Below are positions 49,001 to 62,446 of a stretch of DNA of 64,000 bases, piece after piece (position 1 is the first letter of the stretch; the number at the start of each line of letters is the position of its first letter). Source of the stretch: Takakia lepidozioides (lineage: Eukaryota > Plantae > Bryophyta); assembly GCA_030704615.1 (NCBI GenBank), contig CM060731.1, positions 52,452,001 to 52,516,000 on the forward strand. The letters are read 5' to 3'. The position numbers were made by a program, and so were the translations under genes. The notes below the pieces were generated by a model. It worked only from the letters and a program-made list of their open reading frames with translations, ran no database searches and was not told the origin of the DNA.

Positions 49001-52000
49001 AGAGAGAGAGAACTTAGAAGCAAGGAGCTTCCTACTGTCAATGAAATCCTGAACGTTTGTCGACAGTAGTGCACAAACATAAATGCCTCATCAGCAGTCT
49101 GTAGCCTCATGATACACACAGGAAAAATCGAGATGGTGCTCTATCCCACTTCTTGCATGGTGCAAGCTGGGGGGATCTTATCCTCAGGCAGGATGTTGTC
49201 TATTCACTTTGATTGATATATTGAGATGCAGCCAGCTGACTCTGGAGCTCCCTAGACCCCTGCTGATATGGTGAACATTGTGGATGCTACTATGGCATCA
49301 GGATGTGGTTCTTACTGATAGCTAGGAAATTATGATTGGAGTTTTAGGTGAGCAGACGCATTGGACCCCAGGCCTTTATCACAATGGTCTGTGAAGGTCC
49401 TTTTCGATGAGTCGGAAAGAAGGGACGAATGTTTCCTCTGATGAGGAAGAAATGTACTGCGTGATGAGAGTAGTAAGAAGACAGAAGGACTGTATTACGT
49501 TGCCTAAAGAAAATGCTGGAGGAGAAACTGCCTGCCCTATGATTTTATGGTTTGTGCAGGATCATGTGAAGAGGCTGACAACAGTGGATGTAGAAGTCAT
49601 TCATGGAAGTGGGGCACCAACTGGGGAGAAGTATGTTGTGTGTTGGCAGCCCCCTCTCAAGGATGGGAAACGACGGAGTGCATACAGAGAGTCTGTCAAG
49701 ATTGTGGTATGTTGGTGAACAGTCCCCAACTTGCTACCTGTAACACACTCCAAAGAAGACTGTTTGTGTGTTTCTACTTTGATTGTACCTCTCATCGCCA
49801 CTCACATCAGAGAAACGCATGTCATCATTTATGGTGGGTACATGTGCAGCTTTGGGGAGCCTCTTGTTGTTATTCCTTGGGAGGCCACTTTGTGGTATTC
49901 AGGTGCTAGATTCTTCAGGTCTCACTGATAGCTCCATTTGGCAGAGCTACCACACTTCTGTTTCTTTCTTTCTACATTGACGCCTTGGAAGTCTACACCT
50001 TGGATGGAGGACCAACACAATCAGATCTCCTCTATGCGGATGATGTTGCCCTTTTGGCACAATCTCCTATCTTCCTACAACGCCATCTCGACATCTTGGA
50101 ACAGTTCTCCAATGACTATGGGTTGCAAGTCAACCTTACAAAAACCAAGATCATGGTTTTCAATGGGCAGGCCGACCGCAGATTCTTCCTCAACAATCGG
50201 GAGGTGGAGATAGTCAAATCCTACCGATATCTGGGGCTGGTTTCCACTCCCCCAAATTCCACTTTGCAGCCACTGCCCTGGACAGATTGACAAAAGGCAA
50301 GGCAGCCTCCATCTGCCTTCAGGCCAAATGCAAGCAGATACACCTGCGCCACCCACCGACCAAGAAGTGGCTGTTTGATAGCGTAGTCACCCCAAATGCC
50401 ACTTTTGGTTGTGAATTTTGGGCACCTACAGTCCCAGTTTCCTGCTGGGAACACAATCTGGAACCATTGCAGTCATCTTTCCTCCAAGCAATGCTTGGCG
50501 CCAGAGGCACAACTCCATCGCACATATTTGAATGCAGAATTCGCCTGTGTGCCACTCCAAACTGAGGCCCTCTTCCGGCTTACAATTTTCCTACATAGGT
50601 TACAATGCCTTCCCCCCAAGGGGCTTGTGGCCAGGGCCCTCAATACATCTAAGAGACTCAAAAATGCAGGCTTCAAACAATCCTGGTATGCCCGTGTGGA
50701 TACCTTTTTTGAACGCCATGGACTCTCTATAGCTTCACTTTTGCCAGTGAACCCAGAAGAGGTGGAAATCACATCCAGGCATGACCGCAACCAACTCATT
50801 AGAAAGGAGCTCATGGAGTTACATGTCAGGAGAACTTGGAAGTTACACAACCTCACAACAAAGCTCCATTTCTATCGAGAAACATTCTTGGTTCTCCGGG
50901 ATGATAGAATCTTGCGGCCCAATTACCTTTCGGCCTCTTTATCTCCTTCTCTCCTGAGGGCTTTGGGGCGGTTCAGGGTGGGCTCCCACAACCTACGGAT
51001 AGAGACTGGCAGATGGGAAAACCTGCAGCAGGAGGACCGCCTATGTCCTGCTTGCACAGGGCGCACTTCTTCTTCTATTGCCCCCTATACTATGAGTTCC
51101 GTGGGAGATTCCATTGTCTATTCCGTGGAACCCGATCTCTCACTGAAGTCTTCCACTATGAGGATCAGAAATGTTTGGCAGCCTACCTGCACGAGGCATT
51201 CACCCTTAGACAATCACTCGAACAATAGTTCTTTTCTCTGACTCTGGTTTTCCTATTTTCTCTCATGTTCTTCCTTCCATTTGTCCCATAAGCTCTATGA
51301 GCTTTCCGCGGACGTTATAAAGCACCATTTCATTTCATTTCATTTCCCCTCAAACCCCTGTGCAGCTAAAGGGCCAAAAGCACCTTGCCTATTAACCTGT
51401 AGTATTTTTTTCTTATCCATCAATCCGCACTGTAGCCAGCAGACTTAGAAACTGATGTAAGTGGGGAGGGTTCTGTGGGGCCACACGCAGGTGGCATTGG
51501 TGAAGGCAGGTCTTCATATTCTAGTGTTTGTGGAAGCTCGCAAGTTGGCTGAAATTATCTGCAATTTGGTCCGTGGGAAACTAGCCAAAATTGTAAGGAA
51601 AGGTTCTGTGCCTGTGCCCATGGCTGTACCTCAGTTTGTATCTCCACATGCTTTGTTGCATGCAATTTGATTCTGCATTAGTCTCCAGATTGATGAGCAG
51701 CTCATTTCCTTTCCTTGTGAAGTTGTTGTAGGAACCTCAAAGCAAGTGTGCAGGCTTGCAGGCTTTGAGAGTCAGAGCCCATATAGCTTTTGTTTAGTTT
51801 ATCTTTGCAGCAGGACCTGGTATGTGTCCATTGAGATGACACTAACTCTGGCTGGAGTGGGAATCTGGCTACAGAATCGGCATGATTTAGTAGAGAGGGT
51901 TAACAGCTACAGGGCTGGCTACACTCCCGAGGAGAGACTAGCACTGGAAAAAGTGCGCCTACAGAACTTTTCTGGGGTTGGACCTTGTGGTTATGTAGTT

Positions 52001-55000
52001 CCCTCTTCTCTATACTTTCTGCAGACTGTATATGGGCAGATGAGGCAAAAACGTGCTTGTTTATTTGAGGCATTCCTAGGGTCATTTGTACAGTCGAAGT
52101 TTACAAAGAGCAAGTTAACTGCTTCCGCGAACTTTATTGTTGCCTTTTAGGAGGTAGATATCAAGAATTTAGCTTCCCTTTGTGATTTTATTACTGTTTT
52201 CAGATCAGATGTAGTATTCTTCCAGTCACCAAGGAAAACATGGATGTTACCTCTTTAATGACGTAGTGCTGCATAAATGTACTGTTCAAAAATATGGAAA
52301 TTTCAACTCAAAATTCTCGTATCTATATGGGAATATGTTATTGTCATGCACAGTAGGTGAAGGATGTGGAGATGTAACATTTGTGAAGGGCCCTGTTGAG
52401 AAAATCTATTATACGTATGATATTGAAATGACAGGCAACCTAAATTTCCTGTGGTCCAAATGCAGCGCCTGCAGTGTGGAGAGATACGAGCACTCATAAC
52501 AACGCGAGCTTTGGAGCTTGGAATTGATGTAAGTGGCAACAACTGTTCCACACGAACACTTGGAAAAACGAACCAATTTCCAACACCGGTCATTAGTTAG
52601 GATGTCCCCTTCATCACATGTTCAAGCTTTTAAGTTCCAGCCTTTTTCTTAGTAGCAAGCAGCATGACACCTTTGACTGAAGAATGGTCTCGATGTCTGT
52701 TTGTTTCTCACAGATGCTGTACTGAATTGCCTCATTCAGCATTAGCGGGAGCCTTAAATTTTATGTGTTCTGCAGACTTAGACTGCTGTTAAGTATTAAG
52801 TTAGGTGACGGAAATAGGCAGGAGAAGAAATGAAATGGTACTTTATTATGTCCGTGGAAAGCTCAAAGAGCTTAAGGGACAAGAGGAAATGAAATGAAAT
52901 GGTACTTTATAACGTCCGCGGAAAGCTCATAGAGCTTATGGGACAAGATGGAAGAAAAAAAAACATGAGAGAGGAGGAAACAAAACCAGAGCCAAAACTA
53001 AAACTATTGCTCGAGGGATTGTCTAAGGGGGTGAAGGCCTCGTGCAGGTAAGTTGCAAAGCATTTCTGATCCTCACAGTGGAAGACTGCAGTGAGAAATT
53101 GAATTCCACGGAATAGACAGTGGAATCTCCCACGGATCTCGTAGTATAGAGGGCAATAGAAGTGTTCTTCAGTTTCAATTTCCCTGTTGCGCCCTGTGCA
53201 AGCTGGACATAGGCGGTCCTGCCGTTGCAGGTTTTCCCATCTGCCAGTCTTTATCTGGAAATGAAATGCAATGGTACTTTATAACGTCTGCGGAAAGAGA
53301 GAGGGGCCACAAGTGGCCCAAAAGCAACTATAGCTCAAGGGATTGTCTAAGAGTCAAAGCTTCGTGCAGGTCAGATGCCAAGTATTTCTGATTCTCGTAA
53401 TGGAAGACCTCCGTGAAATGAAATGAAATGGTACTTTATAACGTCCACGGAAAGCGCAAAGAGCTTATGGGACAAAAGAAAGGAACAAGTAAGGAGAGAA
53501 ACTCTATACCATGCAAGGAAAGCTCCAAGACAAAAGAAAGAAATACTACTGTACTAGGACACTTACAAAACGCACCAGATGGGAGTGCCTCATGCAGCAC
53601 ACTTGGGTCCTCAAAGCTGAAGGCCTCTGCCAAACACTGGAAGTTGTGAAAGAGACTCTTGTATCTTACCACCTCTTGTGTCCTTGTAGGTTGGCGAGTT
53701 GGATGCGACAGTCCATGTGGGGCTACCAAATACCATGTGCAGCCTCTGGCAGCAGGTAGAGGAGAACAGATTTCAATTTCCAGACCGTCCTTGGCATTTC
53801 TATGATGGGTTAATTTTATTCAAGTAGCTGCAGGGATAGGTAAAATCTAGGTTGTGGGTTGTTTCTAACTGTGACATGCTGGTCACAGGCAGGACGGGCC
53901 GGTCGCCGACAAGGGGCATCATTGGCAGTTATAGTAGGACAAGAAAGGCCAATGGATATGTACTACATGAACAACCCCCAGAAGGTTTGTTGTTTGTTCC
54001 ATATCTTCTCAGTGGGACGACTCTAGATGGAGCTTTTCATCAATTCCTTCATGTCTAGGTTCTCCCCTTATCACTGAAGCTTTCGACGCAAGGCTTGAAT
54101 TGGTGGCTTGTTGGCTCTGGTGGCAGCTGTTTGAGAGGGATGTGGAGCAGGCATTTTGTAACCCTTGCAATTCACAACTGCTGCGCCTACAGCTCCCTTG
54201 TGCTGCCCAAGAGCTTCCTTTATGTGGTATGTCTCTACTCAGGACACCAAAATAACAGGAGAACTAATGAGTTGAAACACCTGTCATTAAAAAACATATC
54301 TTCAAATGAGCTGGTAGTTCTGGTTAGATTGAACATCTGTAAGAACACGAGCATTGCTTATCACTATTGTTTATTTTCTTTGTTGGCTGTAAGATAGATG
54401 AAGACAAGGAATATTTTGGGGAGAATTTTGAGGAGTCCCGAGACAACCTGGCGACAGAAGCAATCCTTAAGTATAAACTGGGACCCAAAGGGCAGAGTTT
54501 ATATGAATATCGGTATGAGAACAACCCTGCTGGTGACTTCTCTATCCGAGGAACCTCTGCTAACTATTTTCAGGTGCGTTGATCCATGAGACAGTGTCAA
54601 GCATAGGTTACTGAAAGAAAGAGCATGTCAATAGATGCAACAGGAGGGCTTGAAATGCCTGGAAAAGTGCAAGAACCATTCAGCTATTTTATACAACAAC
54701 ATAGTTGCTCTTTGTGCTCTCTCCCTTTTTCCTTCATATCCTTTACAGCCTCCATAATAGCCAAAGAAAGAAATCTTAAGGTGGCCACAGAGAGCCATGG
54801 GACCCATCTGACCAGGCAGAGTGCCCCTTCTACATAGAACAGTAAACATATGGACAGATAGGCTGTGACACAGTACTGTAATGTCACTACATGATATCCA
54901 TCAATATACCATGTATCTGTACATCAGTGCACCAAAGTTGTGTATTGTGGACAACGGCACAGAGACCGTTCGAGTATGTTTTGTTGCATAACTCTCACAA

Positions 55001-58000
55001 ACCAACCATGATGTCTGCATGACTCTCACAAACCATATCATGATGTCTGCAGCTGTTAACAGAGAAAAAACAGCTGGTGGAGGAAGTCGATGGGAAAATG
55101 GCCCTGAGAATGCTATTTGAAGGGGCAATCTACCCTCACCTACGGGACACCTACAGGGTCTGTTGGATTTCTTGTTTTTCACCTGATCACAACTGGAAGT
55201 GAATTAGTCCATGCTGTGGAAAATGAAAGTGGGTGATATGGTCTTCAAGTGCCTGATGGCAGACGGAGAGACACTGTGAGATGCAGTAGAACACTACTTC
55301 CTTAGATTCAACCCTTTGCAACCTTGAAACCCTTGAAACTGACTGCGCTGCGTATATCAATGTAGTCCTGCTCTGGGTCCATGAAGAGTATGTGTTTAAG
55401 ATGAATGGGTACGCTTGAATGGGTACGCTTGGCTATAGCTCAGGACAACATCATACAACTAGTGGCATCCAAATATACCATTACCACTCAAGGGCAACAA
55501 TCGTTTTGAATGATTTGAGGATGTCATGATATATGTGCAACTAATTCTGCTGTTTTCATGGGATGTCGTCAGATAGTGAAATTGGATATCAAGAAGAAAC
55601 AAGCTATGGGGACGTTGTGTGATGTCCATCATACTACTGGTATGTCATACTGCTCCACAAAATGGGGGAGAGAGGGAAGGAAACAGATGGGGGGTGAGAC
55701 CAACAGAAATTGTGTGACAGGGGTCGATAAATGGGCGAATTACAACATCTCAGTAATGTCTGTTTGCAACCTTTTGCACCTTAAAATCTGACTAGTGTCC
55801 GATATTACCAATTTCAGTACTATCCCACTACTGAATGCAATTTCTCCAACTAGTTTAAACTAGGGTATGTTCACTGTAGTGGTGAAGGAGAAGACGACGG
55901 TGGTGATATTGGAGGAAATATGTGCACGCACGGTGAAGGCAACTCGAGTACATCTTGGCAAGGTAGTCTTCCCTCAGCCCACTGTTTGCTAGTGAACTTC
56001 CCAGGAGATGGACGAGTTGGCTCTCGGTGACTATAGCAGCAGGTCTCTTACTACGGATGTTTGCATTCAAAATCAGCAAAATAATGTAGTTTATCATAGG
56101 GTAATCCCCAGACTTGAAATTGTAATCAGATTCATATTGCTGTAACAGTTTGAGAACTTGATGGATGGTCTGCAGCTTCAAGTGAAAGAGCAGGTGGTGG
56201 GCTACTCTGAGCACGATTTACTTAAAAACAAGATCAGCCAGAATTTTCCTCTGGACCTCCCCCCCTCGGAGTTTGGCACGATTGGACTGGTAGATCAATC
56301 TGGTCTCAGCTGTGTAGGAATGGAAACTGCAATGGCAATGAGGACAGCTTTTGAGGAACATACATTCTGTCTTTCTAGTGGTGAATGCTATAGAATGATG
56401 TAGCCAGTAGATTGGTCTAAATATGACCTACTAACTAGGGTGGAATTTTCTTCTGCAGTGGTGGGACATACCTGGGGAAGCGCTGCAGCGACTGCACAAC
56501 AAGGCCTATGATGTTCTTCTTGTGTTGAGGCGTGTGGTCCTTGCTCTCCTTCCGTCTATGATCATGAGTATGTTTCTGTGTTCCTCAAGTGCAGGGGCAA
56601 GAGAATCTGAAGTTGTTTGTAGACCAGGCTTCTCTAGCTCTGTTCATTCCTGCATTCCTTGTTTGATTTAGATGACACAGCCTGCTTTGCATGTTTCATG
56701 TATCCTGGTCAGGTGATCCAACAGACATGATTGGGTTGGAGACGTTGACACACGAGCAGACTCAACTTCCCCAGGTGCGGTCACGTGCACATCTAAAGAA
56801 ACAACTGCTGTTTTAGGCTTGTGGATAGTAGGGGACCATTGGGTGCGGGACCCATGCAAACTAGGTGAAGTCTTCATGCCTTGGATGCCTCAGGTGTCTT
56901 CATGCCATGGGAGGGATTGATAATCATTTAGATTGAGTGCTGATTCAAGAGCTTGCATTGAACTCAAACTCAAGATCCTGAATGTTGAGTTTGGCACTCT
57001 ACAGGTTATAAATATTATATATGTGGCTGTAGGTGTATTACCATACTGTAGAGACCAGAACTTCGTCAGGTTTTGCTAATCGAGTCCTAGTTGCTCTTAG
57101 TTACCCACTTTTTCACTTTGGATTACAGATATTTGTCTATGATGCATACCCAGGGGGCATCGGCCTTGCAGAGCAGGTATGTGAAGTGGCGATAGCTCCA
57201 TTCTCTCCTTTCTAATCCCAGAAGCTGCTCAGTAGTGTGGTTTCAGCTTCAAAACCTTCAACTGGTATTTGTGACGATGTTAGTATCTGTCGATTTCTTC
57301 CATGTAGGGGTCAAAGTTTTTACCAAGTTTCTGTGATTCTTCAATGACTCAGATTTTGGAGTGTATGAACCTCCTTTTAACCTCCATAAATGTTGATTTG
57401 TCAGACTCCACATCAGCTTGGAGTAATATGCATCTATTACTCATACATGGTAGTGCTTCTGCAGCTTTACCTACTTAACTGCAAATGCTCTAGGGGACCC
57501 AAGCACAAAAGTTGTGTCCCTTCAGAGTAATTGCGTTGATCAAGTTAAGGAATCGAATGTCTCTCTACCCCTCCTGCCCCACCTGGTTACTCTTGTCTCC
57601 CCCATTGTGAATGTCCTTGCCAGTTCTCTTCAATCGTGAATTGGAAGTATTGTGCAGCAAAACAAAGTGGTTTTTTAAACTGTTCGGAGCCCAATTTTCT
57701 GTTCCCCTGTCCTGTGCAGACATACAACGAGATTGAGGCAGCATGGCAGAGAGCTCTGTGTGTGATGTGTGCTTGTGACTGCCCCTTTGGCTGCCCTGCT
57801 TGTACCCAGGTATTGTCCGCTCTGCCCTCTCTGATGGAATGTAGGAGCTCCGTCTGAAAGACGATTGATTCGAACTATCTCCAATCCTTTTCTCTGGCCA
57901 AGTGTAGGAGGTGCACTCAAGGTTCTCTGTTTCCCTTGTTCAAGAATTCTTGCAGGGTGTGCTCCATGTTTTTGTAATTCCCTAATTGTCCATTGGCTCT

Positions 58001-58151
58001 GAATTTGGTGTGAAAGAGCGTGCACGACAACGACGAGGAGGACAGAGCTAGCAGCATCAAGCATGAGAGCATAAAATTGCTAGAGGCCTTGCTAGGCATA
58101 CACCAAACGACTGTAGACCCCTCGCCCAGTGGTACCCTGGGGAAGGTGTAG
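43009..58151 (+). CDS. MrfA/Hrq1-type DEAH-box helicase with C-terminal DUF1998 (Zn-binding) domain; many introns, long low-complexity N-terminus
   Basis: Exonic motifs in order: [17 protein letters not shown] (45481-45599), [95 protein letters not shown]. The last exon ends in TAG at 58149-58151. Confidence 0.9.
46262..46532 (-). mobile_element. LINE 3' fragment in a helicase intron
   Basis: The minus strand matches the end of the ORF in 49985-51345 (..FYCPLYYEI.., LRQSLEQ). Confidence 0.8.
48661..49092 (+). repeat. Dispersed repeat, intronic copy (inverted partner at 58434-58817)
   Basis: actgtgtttgtggggaaatgaga...tgttacgtctgtacaaggcccaaaggacacaagtt... is the reverse complement of the downstream copy. 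Confidence 0.85.
49985..51345 (+). mobile_element. 5'-truncated non-LTR retrotransposon (RTEX/L2-like LINE) in a helicase intron
   Basis: RT end [11 protein letters not shown]...[20 protein letters not shown]-terminal [33 protein letters not shown]. 3' stem-loop aagctc-tat-gagctt and (CATTT)n tail at ~51325-51345. Frameshifted. Confidence 0.9.
52827..53480 (-). mobile_element. Four stacked 3'-end fragments of the same LINE family
   Basis: The marker gaaatg(aaatg)gtacttta (reverse complement of the CATTT tail and 3' UTR) occurs at ~52827, 52887, 53258 and 53415. Confidence 0.85.
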
Positions 58152-58433
58152 TCTTCTATACACACACAAGAGACTATGGAAATTCGAAATGGGTTGGCAT
58201 ACTCCTTTCAGATTTGGTTATGCTAACACTTCTTATAATCACATTTAATTAGTACAAAATTAGTCAAACGTGACATGAAGCCCAACAGGCAGGCCAATCC
58301 AAATACACTATCAATGCACATTGAACATCTCACATTTTTTAAGCCTCTCTTATTGATGCTGCCTGTCAAAAAAATGAATAGTAGAATGTGAGAATTTGGG
58401 ACATACTGTGGAGTACAGAGTCTACAGACTCTC

Positions 58434-58817
58434 GATCAGGCATTTATGTTTGTGCATGACTGTAGATGACTGTTTAGGCTCTCTGATGACAGTACCAAGC
58501 TCCTTGCTTCTTAATTCTCTCTCTCACACAAGGACCTGCATAACCCTTACCTGTGAGTGCAGTCTCCCTTACCTATCAGAATTGGCTTGTGGAGTAGCAT
58601 CAGAAAGTCATTTGGCACATTAAACATCTCTTTCTTCCCCTACAAATGTTCGTTCACATGACAAACTACAACTTCAGATCTCCAGCAGTTTGCAGGTGGT
58701 TTTGTCAAGATAACCCCTTGGCTTTGTCTCTCTTTTGAACTTGTGTCCTTTGGGCCTTGTACAGACGTAACACATTTCTTTCTTCTTGTTTCTTTCTCAT
58801 TTCCCCACAAACACAGT
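58434..58817 (-). repeat. Dispersed repeat, copy downstream of the helicase (inverted partner at 48661-49092)
   Basis: Reverse-complement similarity over ~380 bp with indels. Confidence 0.85.
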
Positions 58818-61015
58818 AGCATGCAGCAGCAAACTCAAGCCCTGTGAATTGGTAATCCTTGAAATTGACACTGTTTGAACGAACAAGACAAAGCCACCAG
58901 CATCAAGGACGGAATGCCAACCAACGCACACCCCAATAAAGCCCTCTCCCTACTGTGCTCGGTTGTGGCTCCGGTTGTCTTTCAATAAAGCTCAGCAGGG
59001 TCGTGTCACCATTTTGACCCTTTCATCCGTCACCAAAGCTGGGCCTCTTTTCTGCAGAGATGCAGCCACAAAACGCTCACTCTGTTGTGAGTTTGCACAG
59101 TGGCTTGCAATGCGCCGCATCTGCACAGCCGCCTTCATCACAGATGTCTTTTAGGGCTGGAGCAGATCTGAGAGCATGCTTAGACGTTGGGTTGTCTTAC
59201 TTTGCTTAAGCGATCAAAATATTTCGCGGTTGTATGTTCTTTCCCTTCAGATTGGGTTACGTTCGTTTCGTTTCTAGATATGGTTCACCTAGATAAAGCA
59301 GTGGGTTTACAATCTGTGGGCTGTCTGTAACATTCGGTATTCACTCAAGGTGGTTGTGTTTTATGGAGAGAGCTTTTTGTGTTCATCGCAGGGCGTTGTT
59401 TACTCATTATAGGCTGGAGTATCACCACCATGATACACCGGTTGCTATTCTCTCTGGGTCAGTCAGATGTCATTTCGTAACAGAGCGATATGGTGATGGG
59501 GATGACATCGTGAGGCTCGATCACCTATAGTACTACAAGACGCATATTATATAGTGTACAGACTAGGAGGCTTCGACCTCTTTATGTATTTTTATTGATT
59601 ATTTCTTGTTGTCTCAGCTGTTGCTAATGACAGCTGCATCAGCACCCTCGGTTTGCTTCCCACGGTCCTCTATATGTTGGTGTGGTGGGATGCCATTTCT
59701 GGGTGCTCAAAGGGATCCCTCTGTTCAGTGGGGCTATGGAAGTCATCCTCTTGCCTGCAGTATTCTCTTGCTGGCAGAACATGATTTGCATTGACAATAC
59801 CCTCAGTATCGATCTTAAGTAGTTATCATTGTTTATTTGGGTCTCGGAAGTGGCCTTGGGAAGTTTCCGCCTGTCAGTCTTTTGTAAGTCTTCGACCCAA
59901 GTACGCCTGTTGGGGTTTTGATTTGGTGCTGTCAGTGAACTCTCGAGCTGGCGGAATTAGTTTGAGCTTATTGGATTGCAGGCCACGGATGATTGAACAC
60001 CTGACAATGGCTGACTATGGATGATGCCACAGCTTGTCTATTCTGAGGCCTGCATCCGTGTGACCTTTTTCCCCTAGATCTACTCGTCCTAAATGTCAAG
60101 AAAAATCTTCAGGATTGCCAATGACGATGCTCTTATGTTGTTGACAGAGAAGGATAAGCTTCCGTGTGCTGATTATTGATTGTCACTACCACTGAGGCAA
60201 TCCTCCCGGCAATTGACACTTCGACCCTAGGAAATGCCTTCAGTGCCAAAACCAGTGAGTAGTTACTTAAGAAGGGGCTGTGTGAGTGGGCAATGGCATG
60301 ATTGGTCTGTTGGATAAAGTTGCCAGAGGGCCTATGATGGGTTGATACTTCATACATAAGTTGAGAAAATTGTCTGTGAGAATCATCTACCACTGAGGCT
60401 CCTCATCTTTTTCCATCTTGAGATGGAGAAGTAGTCATAGTCTTGATAGTTGTCTGCTGTTTGGAATTGTTTCTGGATGGACACCTTGGAGTTGGGATAA
60501 CAGTCCTGCAATCTTTCCGAAAAGGAGTAGTTGGGTTCATCAATTTCGGGGAAACAGGCCCAGTGTTGTTATAGGTGCATGAGAAGAATAGCAAGCCTAA
60601 AATCTGTGCTGATTACAGGAAGTTGGGTATACTGATTTATGCGGCTGATAAGGGACGCAGAGCCGCACTGATGCTGGTTCTCACTTCTTAGCTCAAGAGT
60701 CATCCCAACAACTCTGTAACTCCTCCTGTCCCAAGCAAAGTCTCAAATCGCCCGCACACCCACTCTACTTCGCTTATATATCCCAACGAGCTGTGGACAG
60801 GAGTGTTTTAAGTTTCCAACTCCTCAACACATCGATCGATACTCTTGAATACCGGTGCTAGGCACAGATGGAAAGATATTCCAAGGTTTCCTAAGCTTTG
60901 TAGGAAAAGTGGATGGATGGCAAAGCAGGTTGAAGCACCCGAATAGCGAAAGCCAAGAAGTAGGTTTTTGATAGCTATGAAATCATGCCGAGTTCACTTA
61001 GTGATACCGAATTGG

Positions 61016-62113
61016 GCAACGCAATTCACTTGATCACCCCCTAAAAGTGCGCAATTCAATTGAATTAACCCTAATTTGCAATTCAATTGAATTGTCGGCA
61101 CACGATTCAATTGAATTGCGAATTGGCAATTCAATTGAATTGTAATCTATAATTTTTAACTTATTTCTGTATATAATATATATATGTATATTTTAAATTA
61201 TACATATATACATACACAGGTATAAGCTAAAAATACATGTTGCCCGTCTATTCTTGCTGTCCGTCTGTCAATCCTTTGCCCGTGGTAAGGCTTGAGCCCA
61301 AGATAAGCTTAAGGAGAGCGAGAGAGGGAGAGAGAGGAAGTCACGAAGCGCTTGTAAAAGCGGGATTGTCTCTCTTTGTGGATGTTGGTGCCAATATATG
61401 GCTATATACATATACCAAACATGATACCAATGTAAGAGTATCAACAGTTTGATATATTAAACTTATATAGAACACACATCCCAACTTCAACCCGATACCT
61501 TTGTAAGGGTATCGAAATTTTTGATAATTCTCAAGATGAACATATTTTTTGTTTTCTTTGTCCTGGGCCAGATACTAGTGTTAGGGGACTACATGGTGAT
61601 GTAGGGGAAGCCTTTCATCAATTGTCAGGTTTGATTTTGTCTGTTTTCTCCGGAGCCAGCCATATCTCTTTTGCCAGTGAATCGTAGGAAGCTGCTGATC
61701 TGTCTCCGAGGCTGAGGGTGGCTTCACAACTCCACAATTTCCTCAAGGGCACAAGAAAGAGGGCAAGCAAGAATAGACGGGCAACATGTATTTTTAGCTT
61801 ATACTCTTATATGTGTATAAATATAATTTGAATATATACATGTACATATATATTATATATTATATACAAAAATAAGTTAAAAATTATAGATTACAATTCA
61901 ATTGAATTGCCAACTAGAGATTCAATTGAATTGCGAGTTGACAATTCAATTGAATTGTTGACTGCAATTCAATTGAATTGCCAATTCGCAATTCAATTGA
62001 ATCGTGTGCCGACAATTCAATTCAATTGCAAATTAGGGTTAATTCAATTGAATTGCCCTTGCAATTCAATTCAATTGCGCACCTTTAGGGGGTGATCAAG
62101 TGAATTGCGATGC
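61016..62113. mobile_element. ~1.1 kb foldback/MITE-like element with long TIRs (~240 bp left arm, longer right arm) built of CAATTCAATTGAATTG palindromic units
   Basis: cgcaattcacttgatcaccccctaaa at 61020 pairs with tttagggggtgatcaagtgaattgcg at 62084-62109. The inner arm aagctaaaaatacatgttgcccgtctattcttgc pairs with its reverse complement at ~61767-61800. No clean TSD found. Confidence 0.8.
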
Positions 62114-62363
62114 ATTTCACATCAAGGCCTTTTTGGAATTCCCTACTTGTCCGCTTGAAGTCGGTTTGCAAGATGGTGGAATTCCCTCCCATCTACTACC
62201 AGTTTCCAACTAACTCTGTCAGCCCCTCCCTCTTCACGAATGATCATACCTCAGACCCTGATTCCGTACAGAGGTTTCGTGGGATTCCTCGACAGATTCA
62301 AGAAATACCAAGACCCACTGCTCACATAGCTCACATCAACAGAGCTCAAGTCGATTCCATTCT

Positions 62364-62445
62364 GAGGCACATGACTTAATTAACAAAATGCCAATCAAAC
62401 CAGATGCTTTGGTGTGGCGAGCCTTGCTTGGTGCCTGCAGAACTT
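62364..62445 (+). pseudogene. PPR S2/E-domain fragment
   Basis: EAHDLINKMPIKPDALVWRALLGACRT. Confidence 0.8.
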
Positions 62446-62446
62446 C

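Noticed and set aside
59000-60950. Short ORFs downstream of the helicase
   Set aside because: No recognisable product.
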